This document shows positions 58,683 to 64,000 of a DNA stretch of 64,000 nucleotides, piece by piece. The notes under the pieces are model-generated. The model was not told the DNA's origin. It was given only the letters and a program-made list of their open reading frames with translations, and made no database searches. How positions within the stretch are numbered: position 1 is the first letter of the stretch; every line of letters begins with the position of its first letter. Origin of the DNA: Solirubrobacteraceae bacterium (GTDB lineage: Bacteria > Actinomycetota > Thermoleophilia > Solirubrobacterales > Solirubrobacteraceae); the NCBI GenBank assembly GCA_035485155.1, contig DATHOH010000029.1, positions 23,760 through 87,759 of the forward strand, given 5' to 3'. A program made the position numbers and the translations under genes.

Positions 58683-60169
58683 TGCGCCAGGGCCCGCTCG
58701 CCGGCCGATATCCAGCCGTCGCGGCGATGGTGATGTGCGCGCTGATTCCCTTCCTGGCGCTGTCAGCAGCGCTTCAGCCGCTCACGCCAATCATCGCCAA
58801 GCAGCTACATACGAGCCTGCAAACAATGAGCCTGAGCTCGGGTCTGGGCAACGCCGCCTACGCGACCGGAACGGTGCTGGCGGTCGCGTTCGCCCAGCAT
58901 CTGCCGCAGCGCAGGATGATGGTCGGCTACGCGGCGCTGCTCGTCACCGGCTCGGTGCTCGGGGCCTCAGCGCAGAACGCGGGCATGTACATCGCGGGCC
59001 ACGTGCTTCAGGGCCTCTGCACGAGCCTGCTGCTGATCGCCGCCGTGCCACCGCTGGCGATCGGCTACCCGGCCAGCAAACTGCGCATCACGGCGATGAT
59101 CATGAACATGTGCATCTTCGGGGCGGTTGCACTCGGCCCGACCCTCGGCGGGCTCCAGGCCGAGTCCAACGCCTGGCGGCCGCTGTTCTGGATCGTCGCC
59201 GCGATCTCGGCCACGGCGCTGGTGCTGGCGGTGTTGACGTTCGACGACGCCCCGCCTGGCGATCCTGACGCGCCGCGCGGTGTCGCGGCGATCGCGCTGG
59301 CGGGCGTCGGCTGCGTGTCCGCCTTCTTCGGCGCCTCCGAGCTGCTGACGCACAGCTTCACCGACCCCGTGACGATCGTGCCGCTGTTTGGGGGCCTCAC
59401 GCTGATCGTCATCCTGATCGTCTACCAGTACCGGGCGAAGCGGCCGCTGCTGACGATCCGCACGATGCTGACGAGCACGATGCCGGTCGCGGGCATCGCT
59501 GTGGCGCTCTTCGCCGCGGCGGCATCGGTCTCGGCAACGGCGCTCACCGCAGGCGCGCTCACAGGGATCTACTCGCCGCTGCATCTCGGTCTGCTGTACC
59601 TGCCCGAGGTCGCGGGGGCGGTGATCACCGCGGTCGTGCTCGGCCTCGTCCTCCAAACACGCGGGATCCACTATCTGCCGCTTATCGGGATGATGTTCCT
59701 CGCGGCCGGGATCGCGGTCTTCCGCATTCACGTGCCGTCGAGCGAAGCGGCCACGTTGATCGGCTCGGGGCTCACCGGCATCGGCCTTGGCGCGACCGTC
59801 GCACCGGCGCTGTTCGTGGCCGGCTTCTCGCTGCCCTCGGCCAGCCTGCAGCGCGTGTTCGCGATCGTCGAGTTGATGCGAGCGGTGGCGGCGTTCATGA
59901 TCGCGCCGATCTTCGTCCACTTCGCGTCGAACGCAGCCGGCGGCCTCGACGCCGGGACCGGCATCGCGCTGTGGATCGGTCTCGCGCTCGCGATCGGCGG
60001 CGCCGTGATCGGCGTCGCGATCTACGCGCTCGGCGGCGCGCGCCCGCAGACTCCCGAGCTCGAGCGCTTCATCGCGGGTGAGGCTCCCGCGTGGTACTCG
60101 CCGCCGCTGCTCGCGCGGGTCCGTTCGCGCCTGCGCGCCGCGCAACCTGCGACCGAAAGCGCCAACTGA
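58682..60169 (+). CDS. MFS transporter (DHA2-like)
   Basis: About 13-14 hydrophobic segments; VLQGLCT, GPTLGG, WRPLFW. Confidence 0.88.
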   Translation: MRQGPLAGRYPAVAAMVMCALIPFLALSAALQPLTPIIAKQLHTSLQTMSLSSGLGNAAYATGTVLAVAFAQHLPQRRMMVGYAALLVTGSVLGASAQNAGMYIAGHVLQGLCTSLLLIAAVPPLAIGYPASKLRITAMIMNMCIFGAVALGPTLGGLQAESNAWRPLFWIVAAISATALVLAVLTFDDAPPGDPDAPRGVAAIALAGVGCVSAFFGASELLTHSFTDPVTIVPLFGGLTLIVILIVYQYRAKRPLLTIRTMLTSTMPVAGIAVALFAAAASVSATALTAGALTGIYSPLHLGLLYLPEVAGAVITAVVLGLVLQTRGIHYLPLIGMMFLAAGIAVFRIHVPSSEAATLIGSGLTGIGLGATVAPALFVAGFSLPSASLQRVFAIVELMRAVAAFMIAPIFVHFASNAAGGLDAGTGIALWIGLALAIGGAVIGVAIYALGGARPQTPELERFIAGEAPAWYSPPLLARVRSRLRAAQPATESAN

Positions 60170-60170
60170 G

Positions 60171-60653
60171 ATGGCATCGAGTGGCACGGGTGGCGGCGCA
60201 ACGCCTGCCCCGCCCGTGGGTCCGGTGCTGTTCGCCTACGACGGCTCCGAGCTGGCGAAGCTCGCAATCGAGGACGCGGGCCGTCAGCTCGCGCCCGGGC
60301 GCGAGGCGCTGGTCGTCTGCGTTTGGCAGCCGGGGGATGTCGGCTTCATACCTGTAGGCGAGGGCCACTTGAACGCGGCGCAGGCCACTGAGGTGCGCCA
60401 TGCCGCCGAGGAGACCGCGGCAGCGGGGGCATCGCTGGCGGCGAGCGCGGGGTTTCGCCCACAGAGCGTCGCGGTCGAGTCGGCGCCGACGTGGAAGGGG
60501 ATCGTCAAGCTCGCCGAGGAAAGCGGCGCCGGCCTGATCGTGCTGGGGCCCCACCGCCGCAGCGGGCTCGTCGGGCATCTGCTCGGCAGCGTCGCCGCCG
60601 CCGTCGTGGCCCACTCGAGAACCTCCGTGCTGGTCGTGCCCGGGCGCTCCTGA
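60171..60653 (+). CDS. Universal stress protein
   Basis: VLFAYDGS, LIVLGPHRRSG, LLGSVAAAVV. Confidence 0.88.
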   Translation: MASSGTGGGATPAPPVGPVLFAYDGSELAKLAIEDAGRQLAPGREALVVCVWQPGDVGFIPVGEGHLNAAQATEVRHAAEETAAAGASLAASAGFRPQSVAVESAPTWKGIVKLAEESGAGLIVLGPHRRSGLVGHLLGSVAAAVVAHSRTSVLVVPGRS

Positions 60654-60655
60654 CC

Positions 60656-61288
60656 TCAGGGTCGGCCCGGCGGCATCCCCTCCGGGCTCGCGCCGGACGC
60701 CAGCAGCCCGTCGAGCAGATTGTGGATCACGGTCCGTATCTGGGCCTTCTCCCGTGCTGGATTTCGGGCGTTTGCGATGCTCATGGCGGCTTCGTCGAGC
60801 GCACCGATCAGGATCGTGGCGAGCGGGCGTGTCGGCTGCGCCGTCAACTCACCGGACTTGATCGCCGCGCTCAGGAGCTGCTCGGTTGTTCCCAGTCCGT
60901 AGCGGTGTGAGATCTCGCGGAAGCCCGCCCAGCCCAGCACGCTGGGTGCGTCGAGCAGCACGAGCTGTCGGACCTCCGGTTCGCCTGCGATCTCCAGCCA
61001 GGCGTCGGCGGCGATGTGCAGAGCAGCGGCCGGCGAGCTCGGGCGGGCGGCGGCAACGGCAGCGGTCAGCCGCTCGAGGACATCGGTCTCGACGGCCTCG
61101 AGCACGGCGAGGAACAGCGTGGTCTTGTCTGCGTACTGGTGGTACATCGCGCCCCGCGTCACGCCGGCGGCGCGAGCGATCTCGGGGGTCGAGACGGCGG
61201 CGTAGCCGCGGGCGCCCCACAGCTGCCTGGCGGCGGCCAAGAGCGTCTGCTGGGTAGCGGCGGATCGTTCTGTTTGAGTACGACGCAC
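60656..61288 (-). CDS. TetR-family transcriptional regulator
   Basis: N-terminal HTH STPEIARAAGVTRGAMYHQY. Confidence 0.93.
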   Translation of the reverse strand: MRRTQTERSAATQQTLLAAARQLWGARGYAAVSTPEIARAAGVTRGAMYHQYADKTTLFLAVLEAVETDVLERLTAAVAAARPSSPAAALHIAADAWLEIAGEPEVRQLVLLDAPSVLGWAGFREISHRYGLGTTEQLLSAAIKSGELTAQPTRPLATILIGALDEAAMSIANARNPAREKAQIRTVIHNLLDGLLASGASPEGMPPGRP

Positions 61289-61310
61289 TTACAGGCAGCT
61301 TGTTGGTATC

Positions 61311-61331
61311 TTACGTGCAACCTGCACGCAA
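61311..61331. promoter_or_regulatory. Candidate TetR operator TTACGTGCA-ACC-TGCACGCAA
   Basis: Near-perfect inverted repeat between divergent TetR and hydrolase genes. Confidence 0.55.
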
Positions 61332-61349
61332 GCAAGTATGGAGGAACTC

Positions 61350-62231
61350 ATGCCCAGTGTCACCCTCAGCAGCGGCGCGATCCATTATGAGATGTCGGGG
61401 CCGTCGGACGGACGCCCGGTTGTGTTCATACACGGCTACGCGATGGGCTCATCGCTGTGGCAGCCGTTGAGCGAGCGCCTCTCTGCGCAGGGTCTGTCGT
61501 GCCTCGCGCCGACCTGGCCGCTCGGCGCCCACAGGACGCCAATGGGAGCGGACGCGGACCTGACGATGGAGGGGATAGCCGCAATGATCGGCGAGTTTCT
61601 GGACGTGCTCGCGCTCGACGATGTGGTGCTCGTCGGCAACGACACCGGTGGCGCGCTCGCGCAGATCCTCGCGACCACCGCGCCCGGGCGACTGGGGGCG
61701 CTGGTGCTGACCAGCTGCGACGCGTTCGAGCACTTCCCGCCGCCAATCCTAAAGCCGTTCATCGCCGCCGCCAAGGCCGGGCCGGCGTTCACAGCAGCGC
61801 TGCAGCCGCTGCGGACACGGATCGGGCGTCAACGCGCCTACGGCGGCCTCGCACACTCTGATATCGATCGGCTCGTCAGCGAATGGCTCGAGGCTCCACT
61901 GAACGACAACAGAATACGAGCCGACATACGGCGCTTCACCGCCTCGCTGAACCGTGAGAGCACCGTGCGCGCGGGAGCGCGCCTGCCCGGGTTCACAAGC
62001 CCGGCGCTGATCGCGTGGTCCGCCGACGACGCGTTCTTCCCCGTGGAGGACGGCCACCGGCTCGCCGCCGCCCTGCCCGACTCGCGATTGGCGGTGATCG
62101 GAGACGCGAAGACCTTCTCGATGCTCGACCAGCCGGACGCGCTGGCAGAGCTGATCGTCGACTTCGCCAATCCGCGGGCGACGGCGTCGCGACCACCCGC
62201 GACCATCGTGCGGGCAGGCTGCCCAAGCTGA
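61350..62231 (+). CDS. Alpha/beta hydrolase
   Basis: VFIHG, VGNDTGG (Asp nucleophile, epoxide hydrolase/dehalogenase-like), DQPDALA; SD GGAGG. Confidence 0.9.
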   Translation: MPSVTLSSGAIHYEMSGPSDGRPVVFIHGYAMGSSLWQPLSERLSAQGLSCLAPTWPLGAHRTPMGADADLTMEGIAAMIGEFLDVLALDDVVLVGNDTGGALAQILATTAPGRLGALVLTSCDAFEHFPPPILKPFIAAAKAGPAFTAALQPLRTRIGRQRAYGGLAHSDIDRLVSEWLEAPLNDNRIRADIRRFTASLNRESTVRAGARLPGFTSPALIAWSADDAFFPVEDGHRLAAALPDSRLAVIGDAKTFSMLDQPDALAELIVDFANPRATASRPPATIVRAGCPS

Positions 62232-62347
62232 TCGCGGACAGTGGGTTCGCGACACCGGCTGCGGTACTACGCCTGAGAACAATCTTCGGCAGTCTCGAAG
62301 TGCTCCGCAGCCGCTCTGTGTGATCATCACGACGACGATGAGGGTTC

Positions 62348-62809
62348 GTGATGAATAAACCGGTTCTGTTCTGCTACGACGGCTCAGACGGCTCGCTGTC
62401 GGCGATGCGCGCCGCCGGCGAGCTCGTGACGCACCCCGCCGATGCCGTGGTGCTGACCGTGTGGATGTCGGCAGTGACCAGCCTGGTTCGAGCGGGCTCG
62501 TTCCTGACGACCGTGCCCAACGAGGGCGAAATAGACGAGCAAGAGGCCGCCTTCGCGATGCGGATCGCCGAGGAGGGTGCCGCTCGCGCTCGAGAGCACG
62601 GCAACAACGCGGTCGCGCGAACCGCCCAGGCCGACGTCTCAGTCGTCGCGACGATCGGCGAGGTAGCTCAAGAGATTGACGCTGGACTGATCGTCTGCGG
62701 GCAGCGCGGACGCGGCGCGATCCGCAGCACCCTGCTCGGCAGCACTTCGCATGGGCTCTCCACGCACGCGAGACGACCGGTGTTGATCGTTCCTGCCCAC
62801 GCGGGCTGA
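62348..62809 (+). CDS. Universal stress protein
   Basis: VLFCYDGS, IVCGQRGRG, LLGSTSHGL. Confidence 0.9.
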   Translation: MMNKPVLFCYDGSDGSLSAMRAAGELVTHPADAVVLTVWMSAVTSLVRAGSFLTTVPNEGEIDEQEAAFAMRIAEEGAARAREHGNNAVARTAQADVSVVATIGEVAQEIDAGLIVCGQRGRGAIRSTLLGSTSHGLSTHARRPVLIVPAHAG

Positions 62810-62869
62810 CGGTCGCTGCGCAGCCCGCTGGCGCCGAGCCGGGCCCCGTCGCCGGGCCGGCGAGCACGA

Positions 62870-64000
62870 TTATCTGGGTGCCGCAGAGTCCAGCAGCGGG
62901 TCGCCCGCGACGTGCGACGCCACACCGAAGTGACAACAGGGACCGGTGAGCAACACCGGGGTCACGGACGCCGCCGAGGTTGACGCGACCACGGGCGCCC
63001 CTGAGGTTGACGCGGTCACGGGCCCGCTCACGGGCGCATCTTGCAAGTCGGCTGCTGGCGCCGAGACGGTGCTCCTGGCTTTCGCCGGCAGCACAAGCAG
63101 CGCGAGCAGCAGGCCGAGCGCGAAGATTCCTGCGGCCCAGGCGAACGCGGTTGTGTAACCGTGGATTGACGCCGCGTTGCTGAGTCCGGGCGTCCCGGCG
63201 TGGCTCGATGCGTAGGCTGCCGTGGCGCTCGCGAAGATCGTGCTCAGCAGGGCTGTGCCGACCGAGCCGCCCACCTGCTGGGAGGTATTGACCATCGCCG
63301 AGGCGACGCCCGCCTCGGAGCCGTCGACGCCCAGCGTGGCGGTGCTGAACGCCGGTGCGAAGATGCAGCCCATTCCGACGCCCGTGATGAGCAGCGCGGG
63401 CAGGACGTGGCTTGCGTAGCCGGCGCCGGGCGCAAGGCGAGTGAGCAGGAGCATCGCGATCACTCCAAGCGCCATGCCGACGGCCACCAGAGGCTTGGCG
63501 CCTGTGCGGGCGATCACCTTGGTCTGCACCGTTGTCGAGGTGACCACGAGCACACCGGTCAGAGGTAGGAACGCCAGGCCGGTCTTCACGGGAGAGAAGC
63601 CGAGGTTCTCCTGCATGTAAAAGGTCAAGAACAGGAACACCGCGAAGACCCCGGCGCCCGCCAGCAGGATCGACAGGTAGGCGCCGCCACGGGCGCGATC
63701 GGTCACGATGTGCAGCGGGAGCAGGGGATCGGCTCTGACGTGCTCGACTGCCACGAACGCGACCAGCAGGACCACGCTCGCGCTGAGCGCGCCGATCGTG
63801 AGCGGCGCCGTCCACGAATGCGTCTCGGCGTTGGAGAACCCGTAGACGAGCGCGAACAGGCCGCCGCAGGCGAGTAGAACGCCTGGGATGTCGATCCGCG
63901 CGCGTCCCTCGGGGGGATGGTTCTGCAAGAGCCTCAGCGCGACGAGCACGGTGGGTACCGCGATCAGCACGTTCACGTACAGACACCACCGCCACGACAA
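62870..64000 (-). CDS. DHA2-family MFS efflux transporter (5' truncated by window edge)
   Basis: WRWCLYVN, DPLLPL, GVASAMVNTSQQVGGSVG. Confidence 0.9.
   Translation of the reverse strand: MSWRWCLYVNVLIAVPTVLVALRLLQNHPPEGRARIDIPGVLLACGGLFALVYGFSNAETHSWTAPLTIGALSASVVLLVAFVAVEHVRADPLLPLHIVTDRARGGAYLSILLAGAGVFAVFLFLTFYMQENLGFSPVKTGLAFLPLTGVLVVTSTTVQTKVIARTGAKPLVAVGMALGVIAMLLLTRLAPGAGYASHVLPALLITGVGMGCIFAPAFSTATLGVDGSEAGVASAMVNTSQQVGGSVGTALLSTIFASATAAYASSHAGTPGLSNAASIHGYTTAFAWAAGIFALGLLLALLVLPAKARSTVSAPAADLQDAPVSGPVTASTSGAPVVASTSAASVTPVLLTGPCCHFGVASHVAGDPLLDSAAPR

Noticed and set aside
62316-62332. CRP-like site before the second USP gene
   Set aside because: GTGAT-C-ATCAC does not have the TGTGA-N6-TCACA spacing.

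Overview
GC-rich bacterial chromosome segment. Gene content and style suggest an actinobacterium, probably Thermoleophilia/Solirubrobacterales (inference, not computed). It is gene-dense and mostly metabolic: mscL, rlmD, argF, thiO-thiS-thiG divergent from thiE, a pyruvate dehydrogenase/lipoate cluster (lpdA, pdhABC, lipBA), an acyl-CoA dehydrogenase pair, tkt-tal, a neutral-lipid module, GH76 and GH9 hydrolases, two ECF sigma/anti-sigma pairs, ABC/MFS/EamA transporters and several stand-alone signalling domains. I found no CRISPR array, transposase, integrase or rRNA. Many genes appear leaderless, with a TAnnnT box 6-10 nt before the start, which I used to refine starts. Two non-coding signals stand out. 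(1) A complete tRNA gene (29842-29937, minus) with anticodon UUC, a tRNA-Arg-like body and an extra UUCG-capped hairpin in its D-loop. (2) A secreted, membrane-anchored Pro-rich protein ending in ...ERPG-stop, whose stop codon begins an 11-bp helix that sequesters the Shine-Dalgarno of the downstream STAS gene, resembling SecM/MifM-type arrest-peptide control. All family calls come from motif recognition and recall; no database searches were run.
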